This document shows, in pieces, positions 17,379 through 27,860 of a stretch of 64,000 nucleotides of DNA. Position numbers and translations under genes: made by a program. How positions within the stretch are numbered: the first letter of the stretch is position 1; each line of letters begins with the position of its first letter. The DNA lies in NCBI GenBank assembly GCA_002753335.1, contig PEAD01000002.1, positions 124,001 to 188,000 of the forward strand. The letters run 5' to 3'. This DNA is from Nitrospirae bacterium MYbin3 (GTDB lineage: Bacteria > Nitrospirota > Thermodesulfovibrionia > Thermodesulfovibrionales > Dissulfurispiraceae). Under the pieces are notes generated by a model. That model did not search any database. It had not been told where the DNA came from and worked only from the letters and a program-made list of their open reading frames with translations.

Positions 17379-18696
17379 CTATTTATCAAGCTTAAATCCA
17401 GAAGGACTAGGAACTCCTCTTGCTGAGTCCGTAACTAGTTATATACCTCGTTTATGCAAACTACATTCTATTAGCTTTAGCACGTTTCTATCAGACATTT
17501 TATTTCCGAAAATGGGTACTTTGTCATTAGTAAATAGCATTAAAAGGGGTTGTTCCAGAGTTTATACGCGCCCGTATGCGTTTAACGGCGTCAGCAATTT
17601 TACCGAGAAGATAATCCATACACTTGAGCTTCTCACTCTCCAAAAGAATCTAATTTATATAACATTGCTACCACTAAGAAATATCATTAGCTGTCAAAAC
17701 GTCTTCCGCCATTATCGCGCATGGTGTCCAATATGCCTTGCAGAACGCAAAGATCGTGCACTCACAATATACGAGCCTCTCGTATGGACAATAAAAGCCG
17801 TTAGGAGTTGTTTAGTCCACCACATATCACTACGCACTCAATGCCATAAATGCGGCAATATGCTACCAGTGATAGCAAGACATGTCCAAAACGGGTTTTG
17901 CTCTACATGTGGGCACTGGCTCGGTTTAACAGATACAAACAATAAATATCCTGTGGATCCTATCCCCGATTTCGACTCATGGAAAGATAGAAACATTGGT
18001 GAATTGATATCTATTCTTCCAGAAACTATAAATATAACTCGCAACGAAACATTGCGTACAGTACTAACAGAGCACATTAATTTGCATTATAAGGGTAGTG
18101 CCTCGGCATATGCCAGGTCGGCAAAAATTCCAAAAGCTACTATAAGCAGATGGCAAGCAGGAACAGCTCTGCCTTCCCTAGAAAATCTCTTGAAGATAAG
18201 CTACAGAAGCCAGACACCATTAGCAGACCTTATAACTAAGGGTCGCTTGCAGAAGGATGCTAAAGTCTTTGATTATCAGGATTCGGAATCTCTTTTCCCC
18301 GCTTCTCCAAGGAAGACCAATGATTTTGACTACGCTTATGTCAAGCGACACCTCGAATCTGTCCTTAAAAGCAAATCGGAAAATCCTCTTTCCATGACCA
18401 AAGTGGCTGAGAATTTAGGCTATACGAAAAAAACTTTATACAAACATTTCTATGTTCTTTGTCGGCACATCTCAGCGAAAGCAGCATGTCATAGAAAAGC
18501 CCGCAAAGAGCAAAGACTAGGTCAAGAAAGACTTTTTGTTGAGAAAGTTGCTGAACAACTGCACATCGAAGGCGTGTATCCAAGCTATGACGCTATCGAA
18601 AATGCAGCCCCCAAAAAAGGAATTATGCGCAGCCACGAATCACGAGACGCTTGGAAAAACAAGTTGCGTGAGTTTGGGTTTGAGAATGGAGGCTGA
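17362..18696 (+). CDS. tniQ: TniQ/TnsD family target selector with C-terminal HTH domains
   Basis: GLGTPLAESVTSYIPRL; RAWCPICL...YEPLVW...CLVH...CHKC...CSTCGHWLG; HTHs IPKATISRWQAG and MTKVAENLGYTKKTLY. Confidence 0.88.
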   Translation: MILGHSYLSSLNPEGLGTPLAESVTSYIPRLCKLHSISFSTFLSDILFPKMGTLSLVNSIKRGCSRVYTRPYAFNGVSNFTEKIIHTLELLTLQKNLIYITLLPLRNIISCQNVFRHYRAWCPICLAERKDRALTIYEPLVWTIKAVRSCLVHHISLRTQCHKCGNMLPVIARHVQNGFCSTCGHWLGLTDTNNKYPVDPIPDFDSWKDRNIGELISILPETINITRNETLRTVLTEHINLHYKGSASAYARSAKIPKATISRWQAGTALPSLENLLKISYRSQTPLADLITKGRLQKDAKVFDYQDSESLFPASPRKTNDFDYAYVKRHLESVLKSKSENPLSMTKVAENLGYTKKTLYKHFYVLCRHISAKAACHRKARKEQRLGQERLFVEKVAEQLHIEGVYPSYDAIENAAPKKGIMRSHESRDAWKNKLREFGFENGG

Positions 18697-18768
18697 TTCT
18701 TTAAGCGCAAAAAAACAATACCAATAAAAATCGACCAGCATTAATGCGAGGTCAAAAAGGAGGCAGTT

Positions 18769-19901
18769 ATGTTATCTAGTGAAAATTTTGAGGTCTGGTG
18801 CGCAAAGAATAGGGTGTCCGAAAAAGCAAAGGCTTTCATTTCACGCGTCCGGGGTTCACAACCCTCAAGGGCTGTGGGGAACCGGTTGCGAAATGTCAAA
18901 GGTGCTTATCCCAGCAACAAAAATGGCTTCATGGTCCAGTTTGAAAGCCACACAGCTGAACTATGTGGTATTTATACTTACGAGTATGATGCTGACGTGC
19001 TGGAATACTATGATCAGCCCGAATTGATATATGTCAGATACAAAGACAAAAACGGCAGGGCGGGACTTTTTGGATATAGGCCGGATTTCCTGGTAATTAC
19101 AGAATCATGTGCATTCATTGATGAGTGGAAAACTGAAAATCAAATCGCAAAGCTATCTGCTGACTATCCCGACCGGTATTACCGTGATAGTGACGGCACC
19201 TGGCATTATGTGCCTGGGGAGGAATTTGCTGATAGCATTGGTCTTCAATTTAGAGTACGAACAACTGAGGAGATTAATTACACGCTACATCGCAATATTC
19301 AATTTTTAGAAGATTATCTCCGCGCAGATAATTTAACAATACCGGAAGAAAAGATAAACCTTATACTTTCAACTGTTAAAAGCTCTCCCGGAACAACTCT
19401 TTCAAGCCTTATTGATAGTCTCTCACCGCAGGTAAGCGTTGATTTTATATATATAATGATTTCCGATTTTAGAATATATCTTGATCTAGAAACATATCTA
19501 CTTGTAGACCCTGAGCATGCAATCATTTTCCCGGATGAAGAAATCGCAAAAGCCCTTAAAATATTCGATACCCAGCACCCTACGCTTTCTTTCCAGGACC
19601 TGCGACCTGTTTTGGTAGATGTCGGAGGATCATTAGTATGGGACGGCATACCTTTGACGATTGAATTTGTGGGGGCATCATCAATAGTTCTTAAGGGCAG
19701 GGATGATAAAATCATCACGTTAGAAAAAAGTTTATTAAACAAGTTTGTTCGGGAAGGAATCATTACCGGCCTTACTACGGTTACGGGAACTTCACGTGAT
19801 TTTGTATTGGAAATTATCATGAAAGCTAGCAAGGATGCCTTGATTAAGGCAAATCATAGGTACCAAACCATACTGCCTTACCTTACCAGAAATAACCATA
19901 G
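18769..19901 (+). pseudogene. TnsA-TnsB fusion transposase, 5' part only (interrupted by IS3)
   Basis: TnsA endonuclease motifs QFESH.E, EYYDQP, YRPDFLV, DEWK; frame continues past TnsA length; last ~15 codons of ORF 18769..19950 come from the IS end; no DDE core. Confidence 0.8.
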
Positions 19902-19962
19902 TGAGAAGTGGTCGGGTTTGTCTGTACAGGCTGAAGCCTATTATAAGTGATAAGCTGTTCTA

Positions 19963-20793
19963 TCAGGCTGCCACCTTAATAGATGGCAATGTGCCATAGT
20001 AAACTTCATCCGGTGTTTTGTCGTCAAGTCCTTGATGCCGCCGCCGACCGTTGTAAAACTCAAAATACTCTATAAGTCCTTTCCTTAATTCCGCAATCGA
20101 ATCATAAGACTTCAGATAAATATCTTCATATTTCACGCTTCGCCAAAGTCGCTCTACAAATACGTTATCTTTCCAGCAGCCTTTTCCATCCATGCTGATC
20201 TTAATCCCGTTGTCTTTGAGTATTTCCGTAAATGCCTCCGATGTGAATTGACTACCTTGGTCTGTATTGAAGATCTCTGGTTTGCCGAACCTTGATATCG
20301 CCTCTTCAAGAGCCTCTGTACAAAAAGAGGTATCCAGCGTATTTGATAACCGCCAGGCCAATACTTTTCGGCTGGCCCAATCCATTATCGCTACAAGATA
20401 GCAAAATCCCTTGGCCATAGGTATATAGGTTATGTCAGCCGCATATACCTGATTCGCACGATTGATTTCCATTCCACGCAACAAGTAGGGATAAACCTTA
20501 TGATCAGGATGAGGATTAGATAGCCTTGGCTTTTGGTATAAAGCCACTATGCCCATCTTCAACATCAGCGTCCGTACATGGCCGCGTCCAATCTCATGCC
20601 CTCTGTCCCTTAGCTCATTGCGTATTCTCCTGTTGCCGTAAAAAGGATATTTCATGTGAATTTCATCTATTAGGCGCATCAGCTCCAGGTCTTTTGCGTT
20701 CATAGGAAATGATTCATAATACAAGCTCGATCTCGACATGTTTAGTATTTGACATTGCCTGGTCAGCGGCAATTCATTAGCACGATCTATCAT
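19963..20793 (-). CDS. IS3 transposase OrfB (DDE integrase core)
   Basis: ADITYI, NTDQGSQFTS, DNVFVERLWRSVKYE. Confidence 0.95.
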   Translation of the reverse strand: MIDRANELPLTRQCQILNMSRSSLYYESFPMNAKDLELMRLIDEIHMKYPFYGNRRIRNELRDRGHEIGRGHVRTLMLKMGIVALYQKPRLSNPHPDHKVYPYLLRGMEINRANQVYAADITYIPMAKGFCYLVAIMDWASRKVLAWRLSNTLDTSFCTEALEEAISRFGKPEIFNTDQGSQFTSEAFTEILKDNGIKISMDGKGCWKDNVFVERLWRSVKYEDIYLKSYDSIAELRKGLIEYFEFYNGRRRHQGLDDKTPDEVYYGTLPSIKVAA

Positions 20794-21092
20794 CTCTTTG
20801 CGCTCGGCTCGGCTATGCGCCCGAGCGCGACTGATAAAAAATCGTTCTCCATAGTCAATTGCCCTATCTTGGCATGTAGCTCTTTTACTGGAGGACCTTC
20901 TGCCTCTTTCTTATCCTTGCTAAAAACTTCCTCTGCCCTCTCCAACAGTTGCTTCTTCCACTCCGTGATTTGATTCTGATGAACTCCAAATCGCTGCGAC
21001 AGCTCTATCAAAGTCTGCTCCCCTTTGATTGCCTCCAGTGCCACTTTTGCCTTGAACCCTGCCTTGTGATTCCTTCTCGGTCTTTTTGCCAT
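20790..21092 (-). CDS. IS3 transposase OrfA (HTH)
   Basis: FKAKVALEAIKGE..ELSQRFGVH.NQI..WKKQ; ATGA overlap with orfB. Confidence 0.93.
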   Translation of the reverse strand: MAKRPRRNHKAGFKAKVALEAIKGEQTLIELSQRFGVHQNQITEWKKQLLERAEEVFSKDKKEAEGPPVKELHAKIGQLTMENDFLSVALGRIAEPSAKR

Positions 21093-21171
21093 TTCGCTGC
21101 TCCTTTCTCTAATTATTTTAGAGCAGCTTTATCACTTATGTCCTAGTTCAGTTTTTCCAGACCACTTCTCA

Positions 21172-21352
21172 CTACGCCACAGCCTTTCTACATAGACATT
21201 GTCCATCCAGCAACCTTTGCCATCCATGCTTATACTGATGCCGTTGCTGATAAGTATCTCTGTAAAAGCCTCTGATGTAAACTGACTGCCCTGATCTGTA
21301 TTGAATATCTCAGGCTTCCCATACCTTCTTATTGCTTCTTCCAGTGCAGCTC
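21172..21352 (-). pseudogene. Fragment of a second, related IS3 orfB
   Basis: Manual translation AALEEAIERYGKPEIFNTDQGSQFTSEAFTEILISNGISISMDGKGCWMDNVYVERLWRS; similar but not identical to the intact OrfB. Confidence 0.85.
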
Positions 21353-22639
21353 TCTCGACAATCTACTCACATTTATTAAGCGAAAGACTTTAAATGCTCC
21401 TAATGAGAAACATATTAACAAAATAGGCTCAATACTAAAACGATGCCGTCCCTCAAGATAATAAAAGCTGTGTAATAGCGAGTATGAACTAAAAAGAAGT
21501 AACACAAGTATTATTATAGGGCGTACTTTTTTTACTGTTAATGCCCATATTAGCCCAATAATAGCACCAGTTAATATTACTGTATAATATATTTTATATA
21601 TTATACGATAAGAAGCTGGATAGAGTAATCCAGCTGAGGGGGGAAACCACCAAAAATAATACAGTTTCTTAATAGTACGTTCGATAAATTGACTCGGATG
21701 CTGTCTAATAAAAGTAAGTGCCTCCGCTTTAAACAATTCCATCTGCCCTATCTCATCGAGACTTTTTAGTTTTTTACGTAAATCGTCTGGAATTGAATCT
21801 TCCCATGTTTTCCCTGAATACATCATTGGTGTTCCCCAACTTTGAGGGTTATTCCCAATCCATAGACCAACCCACTGGTTTGTTTGAATAAACACAAATT
21901 GTTTAAAAATAATCGTATTGCGTATAACCCAAGGCGTGACTATAAGAAACAGCGCGACTATACTAGATAGAATGACACTTTTTGCTTTTTTTTTGTCCAT
22001 GGAGTAATGCAAAATCCAGAACCAACCAAGTACATAGAAAGGCAAGAATGTTGCTCGTTCTAAAACACATAGTCCCGTGCAAAAACCTAATAATATATTA
22101 TGGCGCAAACCATGACTTTCAATTGAAACCATCATTAGAAACAAGGAGCTACAGATAAGAAACGAATACAATGACACTGAATGCAACATAGTAGAGGAAT
22201 AAATAATCATGCTAGGATGCAATGCCGAAAGTATCGCAGACAAGTAAGCACACTCAGAATTCAAAAACTTCTCTGTTATAAAAAAGACTATCGCGCAGGT
22301 AGCAGTACTAAGTGCTATCTGCAATAATAAAATCAATATCTGGTTGTGCCCAAAAATAAGATAGATAAAAGCACATAATACTGGAAATACAGGCGCTATA
22401 CCAGCTCTATATTGGTTATCAAGGAATTCAAACATAAATCCATTTCCTTGGATTAAATTGAATGCCACCTTTTCATATTCAAAAGTCCTTATTTCAAGAT
22501 AAACAGTATAATAAAGTAGACAAACAATCCTCACGCCTAATGCTATTAAAAGAATAAAGCACAGTTTAAGGTGTCTTTCTGTAACGTTTTTTATAAATAA
22601 ATCTGTTACCAAAAAAATTATCCTTTTTCCCAATGGCAT
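21329..22639 (-). CDS. ArnT/GT39-like (GT-C) membrane glycosyltransferase
   Basis: Many TM segments; PWVIRN...GLWIGNNP; RHRFSIEP. Confidence 0.8.
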   Translation of the reverse strand: MPLGKRIIFLVTDLFIKNVTERHLKLCFILLIALGVRIVCLLYYTVYLEIRTFEYEKVAFNLIQGNGFMFEFLDNQYRAGIAPVFPVLCAFIYLIFGHNQILILLLQIALSTATCAIVFFITEKFLNSECAYLSAILSALHPSMIIYSSTMLHSVSLYSFLICSSLFLMMVSIESHGLRHNILLGFCTGLCVLERATFLPFYVLGWFWILHYSMDKKKAKSVILSSIVALFLIVTPWVIRNTIIFKQFVFIQTNQWVGLWIGNNPQSWGTPMMYSGKTWEDSIPDDLRKKLKSLDEIGQMELFKAEALTFIRQHPSQFIERTIKKLYYFWWFPPSAGLLYPASYRIIYKIYYTVILTGAIIGLIWALTVKKVRPIIILVLLLFSSYSLLHSFYYLEGRHRFSIEPILLICFSLGAFKVFRLINVSRLSRELHWKKQ

Positions 22640-23262
22640 ACCTCATACAGGCTTCCAAAAGGAAAAACATATATATTTGAGATAGAAACTCTCTTAAAGA
22701 ACACTTCAGAAGCCTCTGATATTTGTTTATGATTCGAAAAATGGTATTCTCTGATATTATATCCTAAATATCGAAAGGCATAATCCATGATCTTTTTATC
22801 TATGGGCACACCATAAATAACCTGTCCGTTTTGTTTTAATACCCTAGATATTTCTAGAAACGCAGAATACAGAAACTCTGGCTTTAAATGTTCCAATATT
22901 GATATAAGCAAAACGCTGTCGAAATAACTGTCCTGATAAGGCATATTTAGGATATCGCCATTACTCAAATATGTCATAACCCCCAATTTTTGGAATCTCT
23001 CTGTAATAGCCTCGACATTTGCTGTTAAGTCAAGCCCATGAATTTCATTATACATATCATTCAAATGTAGAAATGTCACTCCAGAACCAAAACCTACCTC
23101 AAGTACACTATGCCCCCCGGATAACTCTTTTAGACACTTTTCGACCCTTCTTCTAAATAAGTTTCCTATAAAAGGTAGTCTGTAAAATCGTATAGGGTCA
23201 TTTCTATCATTGATACCTGAATACTCGCTCAACTCTATCATCCTTAATAAAGGCTTACCCAT
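22618..23262 (-). CDS. Class I SAM-dependent methyltransferase
   Basis: VLEVGFGSG; ISILEHL. Confidence 0.85.
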   Translation of the reverse strand: MGKPLLRMIELSEYSGINDRNDPIRFYRLPFIGNLFRRRVEKCLKELSGGHSVLEVGFGSGVTFLHLNDMYNEIHGLDLTANVEAITERFQKLGVMTYLSNGDILNMPYQDSYFDSVLLISILEHLKPEFLYSAFLEISRVLKQNGQVIYGVPIDKKIMDYAFRYLGYNIREYHFSNHKQISEASEVFFKRVSISNIYVFPFGSLYEVCHWEKG

Positions 23263-23263
23263 T

Positions 23264-24055
23264 TTATCCTTTCTTTACCAGTCTTATTATAAAAAAAGAG
23301 CTGAAAATCCGCGGGAACTCGGTAGCTAAATATCTGTCAAGACCGAATAGCCACTTATACAAAAAAAAAGGTATTGGAATCTTAGTAGATATTCCGCCCG
23401 TTACCATATATGATAATGCTGAATAGTAATTAATACTTGTATTAGAGAAATCATAAATATCTGCAATCTCCTTTTCCCACCCCCTATTCGAAAAAAATAA
23501 CATATATGGAATGGCTATATTGGAAGACGAAAGAGGACCTTCTACCTCTTTAATTTGGGGGTTATCGATATCAAATATAGATGATTCATGGTGGAGATAT
23601 TTATAGATAATATTTGATAGAATTGAAAAATATGGCTCTAACATAATGATGATACCGCTCTTCTTTAATTTAGAATGCATCTTTTTTAAACAGACGATAG
23701 GATCATATAAATGATGCAATACGTTAGTCATGGTAATAATGTCAACGGACCCGTCAGGTATAGAATCATATTTATCTATATGGTGACAATCAAAATTATG
23801 GTCAAGATAGTCCAAATTCATAACATCACTAGTTATCACATAATCATAAAAATATTTCAAAGGCGATATTCCACTGCCTATCTCAATGATAACTTTTCCT
23901 GAAAGTCCCTCAATTCCACTAAATTGAGTGTTATAAAGATTTTCATACCAATAAAGAAGATTTTTGTTTTTAAATAGATTATTCCTGTTTCTCAGAGTCC
24001 TTGACTTATCATCTTCCAATATATCTTCTTTATACATATCGTATCCTAAACACAT
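23264..24055 (-). CDS. Class I SAM-dependent methyltransferase
   Basis: IEIGSG; NVLHHL; MLEP. Confidence 0.85.
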   Translation of the reverse strand: MCLGYDMYKEDILEDDKSRTLRNRNNLFKNKNLLYWYENLYNTQFSGIEGLSGKVIIEIGSGISPLKYFYDYVITSDVMNLDYLDHNFDCHHIDKYDSIPDGSVDIITMTNVLHHLYDPIVCLKKMHSKLKKSGIIIMLEPYFSILSNIIYKYLHHESSIFDIDNPQIKEVEGPLSSSNIAIPYMLFFSNRGWEKEIADIYDFSNTSINYYSALSYMVTGGISTKIPIPFFLYKWLFGLDRYLATEFPRIFSSFFIIRLVKKG

Positions 24056-24802
24056 TTACGATTTACTTGCAGTGATTAATAATGAACCTGAAAATTCTTT
24101 CAAAAATGGTATAGTCTCAATCCTCTCACCAAACTTACTAAAAAAAACAACCCAATTAGATGGAATAATCGGATGCAAAAAATCAAATGGTATTACACTA
24201 ACTTTATTAAAACCAACCTCTTGCAAGATTTTTTTTAAACTCCATCGAAAGAACGCAGTTTCATTTTCTGTATTCTGTAGTATTTTCCCGATGAAACGAA
24301 TATTTTTCTCGATAGCAATTTGAGGATTCATCATATTGGGCTCGAAAAACATTATAATCCCTCCTGGTTTTAAAATCTGCATGCAATATATTAAAGATGA
24401 TCTGATGGGCAAATGATGCAAAATAGAATTACCTATTACAACATCAAATACGCCCAAACTTGATGGCTTCATTGTAATATCACTAACCAAAAACTTAGCA
24501 TTTTTATAACTACTATAGCGTTTGGAAGCAATTCTTATGCATTCAGTGGATATATCGCAAGAGGTTAAATCTAAAGATGGTAATTCGCTCAAAATATATC
24601 TAGAAAACGCGCCGGTTCCACATCCTAATTCAAAAACTTTTGGATTATTAAGATGGGTGAGATTTTGCTTAAGCAGTTTAGCACGCCTTTCCAAGCGTTT
24701 TATTCCCGCTTTAGTGGTACTTCCCCACCAAATTTCGCCTTTTTCACAAGCAAGCGCATTAAAATGTTCACGCTCAATATCCTGATTTAATCTATTGTTC
24801 AC
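24056..24802 (-). CDS. Class I SAM-dependent methyltransferase
   Basis: FELGCGTG; NSILHHL; FFEPN. Confidence 0.88.
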   Translation of the reverse strand: MNNRLNQDIEREHFNALACEKGEIWWGSTTKAGIKRLERRAKLLKQNLTHLNNPKVFELGCGTGAFSRYILSELPSLDLTSCDISTECIRIASKRYSSYKNAKFLVSDITMKPSSLGVFDVVIGNSILHHLPIRSSLIYCMQILKPGGIIMFFEPNMMNPQIAIEKNIRFIGKILQNTENETAFFRWSLKKILQEVGFNKVSVIPFDFLHPIIPSNWVVFFSKFGERIETIPFLKEFSGSLLITASKS

Positions 24803-24875
24803 CCAAAAGTCTCTTTTTATAGTATTAAAATCTGGAGTATATTTTTATAACCGTTATATTTTATTCGTGATTATA

Positions 24876-26312
24876 CTATACAAACTTTATTTTTTTTGCT
24901 GAATACAACAACATCTTTAATAAAATGTACCCATGTTTCCATCTGCGTATATTTGTCGTTCCATATGAACGCTCCTTGTATACAATAGGGATCTCGACGA
25001 CCTTCAAGCCGAGCCGAAATGCGCCAAATATAAGGTCGAAATCACCAAAAGGATCAAATTCCCCGAAAAAAAATCTATTCTCAGCAATCTTACTGTAGTT
25101 GTCCCTTGATATAACCTTTGTGCCACATAGAGTATCTTTAAATTTTTGGCCAAGCACGTATGAAAACGCTAGTGCAAAGAACTTATTAGCTGTCATGTTC
25201 AAAAAACGCATCGCCTTCTTATCCATAGGATAAACAAGCCTACTCCCATTCAAAAACTCCCCCTTATCGGACACTATCGCAGTATAGAATAAAGGCAGGC
25301 TCTCAGGAGCCACAGACAGATCAGCGTCTAAAATCATAAGTATATCCTTAGACGCAATTTCTAATCCCATTCGTACAGCATCCCCTTTACCTTTTCCAAG
25401 TTGTTTCATTATCTTAATCTGCCTGCTCGCCATATATTTACGCTGCACTTCGACAATTTTATCCCATGTATTATCATTAGAGTCACCCTCCACAAATATC
25501 AGTTCGTCATTCGGTCCCATTTGTGGCAAACGTTTTACAAGATTCTCTATATTATCCGCCTCGTTCTTAGCAGGCACAACAACCGAAACCGACAAAAGAT
25601 GTTTCCGACTTAGCCCTATAGGTCTCGCCATAATTATATTAATCATGCAAAACAGTCGGAAAAAAGGTATGTTGGCGCAATACCGATTAATAAAACTGCT
25701 TACAAAAGGTATATATATTGGACAAAGCATTCTGCTATTAGACAGTACCAGTTCAAAATCTGTAAGTAATAAGAAATTGGAGATGTCTTCATGTGAGATC
25801 CAATTCTGCTCCAAGGTTTTAGCGCGCAATCCAAACAAAGTTGCAAGATATATTAAAGGTTTCCAAACATTACTGTAATATGTCACTATAATTCGTGATT
25901 TAGAAGAACAAAGAGTGTGTAATACCCCAAAAAGTTTCTGAATATCATTTTCGTGTTGGATATTGCCGTTCATTAAAAAATAATCTGGAGGAGTCCCCCG
26001 AACATCCTCCATTGAACATATCCGCTCAGAACTAATAAAATCAACTGCATCCCTATCAATAAACAAAAAGCGTACTTGATTGAGAAACTCGACAGACCGA
26101 TCAGAGGACGGATTTATCTCTACAACAGAATTATTAGGCATGATATAAACAGAAAAATACCTAAAAAGGCATTGATAATAGTATTTTTTAAATTGTTTTT
26201 TTAGACTATCAAAAAACATTATAAATAGAGGCATACATTTCTTCTCAATCCAAGTCACATTTAATATGATAAATCTGATATTCACCAAACTCACGGACAT
26301 GCATCCCCTCAA
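24876..26312 (-). CDS. GT2 glycosyltransferase (polyprenol-phosphate glycosyltransferase-like) with N-terminal degenerate methyltransferase-like domain
   Basis: SVVVPAKNE, GKGDAVR, ILDADL, DTLCGTK; start codon uncertain. Confidence 0.85.
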   Translation of the reverse strand: MRGCMSVSLVNIRFIILNVTWIEKKCMPLFIMFFDSLKKQFKKYYYQCLFRYFSVYIMPNNSVVEINPSSDRSVEFLNQVRFLFIDRDAVDFISSERICSMEDVRGTPPDYFLMNGNIQHENDIQKLFGVLHTLCSSKSRIIVTYYSNVWKPLIYLATLFGLRAKTLEQNWISHEDISNFLLLTDFELVLSNSRMLCPIYIPFVSSFINRYCANIPFFRLFCMINIIMARPIGLSRKHLLSVSVVVPAKNEADNIENLVKRLPQMGPNDELIFVEGDSNDNTWDKIVEVQRKYMASRQIKIMKQLGKGKGDAVRMGLEIASKDILMILDADLSVAPESLPLFYTAIVSDKGEFLNGSRLVYPMDKKAMRFLNMTANKFFALAFSYVLGQKFKDTLCGTKVISRDNYSKIAENRFFFGEFDPFGDFDLIFGAFRLGLKVVEIPIVYKERSYGTTNIRRWKHGYILLKMLLYSAKKIKFV

Positions 26313-27807
26313 GCTCTTTTAAAAAATTATCCGGCAAATATCCATTTATAGTAAGCAAATATCTAACACCATAGCGATCAATTATATGACTCATTGGGAT
26401 TAAAAGTCTTGGAAATACAGGTTCAAGAATTTTAAATCCATAACCATGACCACCATAAAGAACAGGTTGTCGAGTTTTATAAGCAACTACATCAAGCCAC
26501 TGCATGGGGAGACACATCACAACACCACGAGTTTTTTGTTTTAAATAATTAAGCGCATTATCAAAATCGCTGTCAATTTTTTTTGTCTTGCTGTTCTTTA
26601 AATGTTTGTAAAATACTACGATGCATAATAAAGATATAAAAACACAAGACATATATTCTATCCAAATAATCTTATCTTTTACACTTACATAAAAAGCAAT
26701 GCCCCATAATAACGCAGCTGGAAACGCAGCATTATAAAGATACAAATATCCCATACCAAGACATCTCATAAAAGGAACTAATACAGTCAACGTAGCCCAT
26801 AAAAGCATGAAAAATAATAAGAGGAATATCCAATAAAACATTGTCAAGTCCATATTTATAATAATATTATGAAACGAAGTGAATGTGCCCCCTGAAAGCC
26901 TTCTTATACCGGTAATAATTTTAATTAAAAATATCATCCAGCCAGCAGGGTTGTATGCAAACAAAAAACATACATGTTTAAGCACTCCGCGTATACCTTT
27001 CTTATGTTGTCTGGTTGTGGATTCATAACTCTCCTGACCGTATATAGGTGATTCCTTTATTGGATGAGCCCCCCTCCACTGCCAGTTTCTATTCCAAAAA
27101 GCAAGGACATCCCAATGAGCTATAGCTACTTTAGTATAAAACCCCCTACTCATAAGAATAGCGACTAAAATAGAAGTTGGAATCAGCAGAAACAATCTCC
27201 AATCCAATGATATAATTCCTGAACATATACACAGGAAGAAGAAAAGCTGTGTAGTCATCTTGTGAGTCAATAGAATGATAGCAGCAATCAATATAACTAT
27301 AGGCCACAACCACATTGAACCATTGCCAAAGTAATGCCAAAGAAGGAGAGCTATTAAGATATCAAGAAATAATGCGGCTAATCCCCGAGGATTTAATTGG
27401 ATGTTATAAGAGATTAATAGAGGTATAGTAGCGTAAATAATTCCAGCTGTATATACTGCTAACATCTGACCATTAGTCAATAAATACGTCAATTTGAGCA
27501 GAAGAGTCAATCTTATTAAGTCAATAAAAACAGCAATAAGATGACTATGCGACTCAAAAAAACTTTTAGGTATATATGCAATAACCAGAGGAAATAATGG
27601 CGGGTACCATTGGTGCACGTCCAGTATATATTGAGGTAAAACAGGTGGGAATTGCCTGTCCTGTTTATATTTTGATATATACGCCTTCCAAAACCAATGG
27701 TCAACTCCAATACCTAATGGCGAAATTATATGAGGGATAAAACGTAATACAAAACAAAAAACAAACAGAATTAGGATCAGTACATATTCAATTAAATACT
27801 CAACCAA
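26245..27807 (-). CDS. Polytopic membrane protein, probable GT-C glycosyltransferase
   Basis: GVDHWFW loop after the first TM; YPPLFP; multiple TM segments. Confidence 0.55.
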   Translation of the reverse strand: MVEYLIEYVLILILFVFCFVLRFIPHIISPLGIGVDHWFWKAYISKYKQDRQFPPVLPQYILDVHQWYPPLFPLVIAYIPKSFFESHSHLIAVFIDLIRLTLLLKLTYLLTNGQMLAVYTAGIIYATIPLLISYNIQLNPRGLAALFLDILIALLLWHYFGNGSMWLWPIVILIAAIILLTHKMTTQLFFFLCICSGIISLDWRLFLLIPTSILVAILMSRGFYTKVAIAHWDVLAFWNRNWQWRGAHPIKESPIYGQESYESTTRQHKKGIRGVLKHVCFLFAYNPAGWMIFLIKIITGIRRLSGGTFTSFHNIIINMDLTMFYWIFLLLFFMLLWATLTVLVPFMRCLGMGYLYLYNAAFPAALLWGIAFYVSVKDKIIWIEYMSCVFISLLCIVVFYKHLKNSKTKKIDSDFDNALNYLKQKTRGVVMCLPMQWLDVVAYKTRQPVLYGGHGYGFKILEPVFPRLLIPMSHIIDRYGVRYLLTINGYLPDNFLKELEGMHVREFGEYQIYHIKCDLD

Positions 27808-27860
27808 ATGAAACCCTCCTCACAAAGAGTAAAATTATTCTTGAGTGAACAACTGTAATT

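Larger units (their letters stand above)
15047..19901. mobile_element. Truncated Tn7-like transposon inserted just downstream of tRNA-Met
   Basis: TGT terminus 6 bp after CCA; three ~19-bp repeats; tniQ x2 plus tnsAB 5' part. Confidence 0.8.
19902..21171 (-). mobile_element. IS3-family insertion sequence (~1270 bp)
   Basis: Terminal IRs TGAGAAGTGGTC...GACCACTTCTCA; orfA/orfB pair. Confidence 0.92.
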
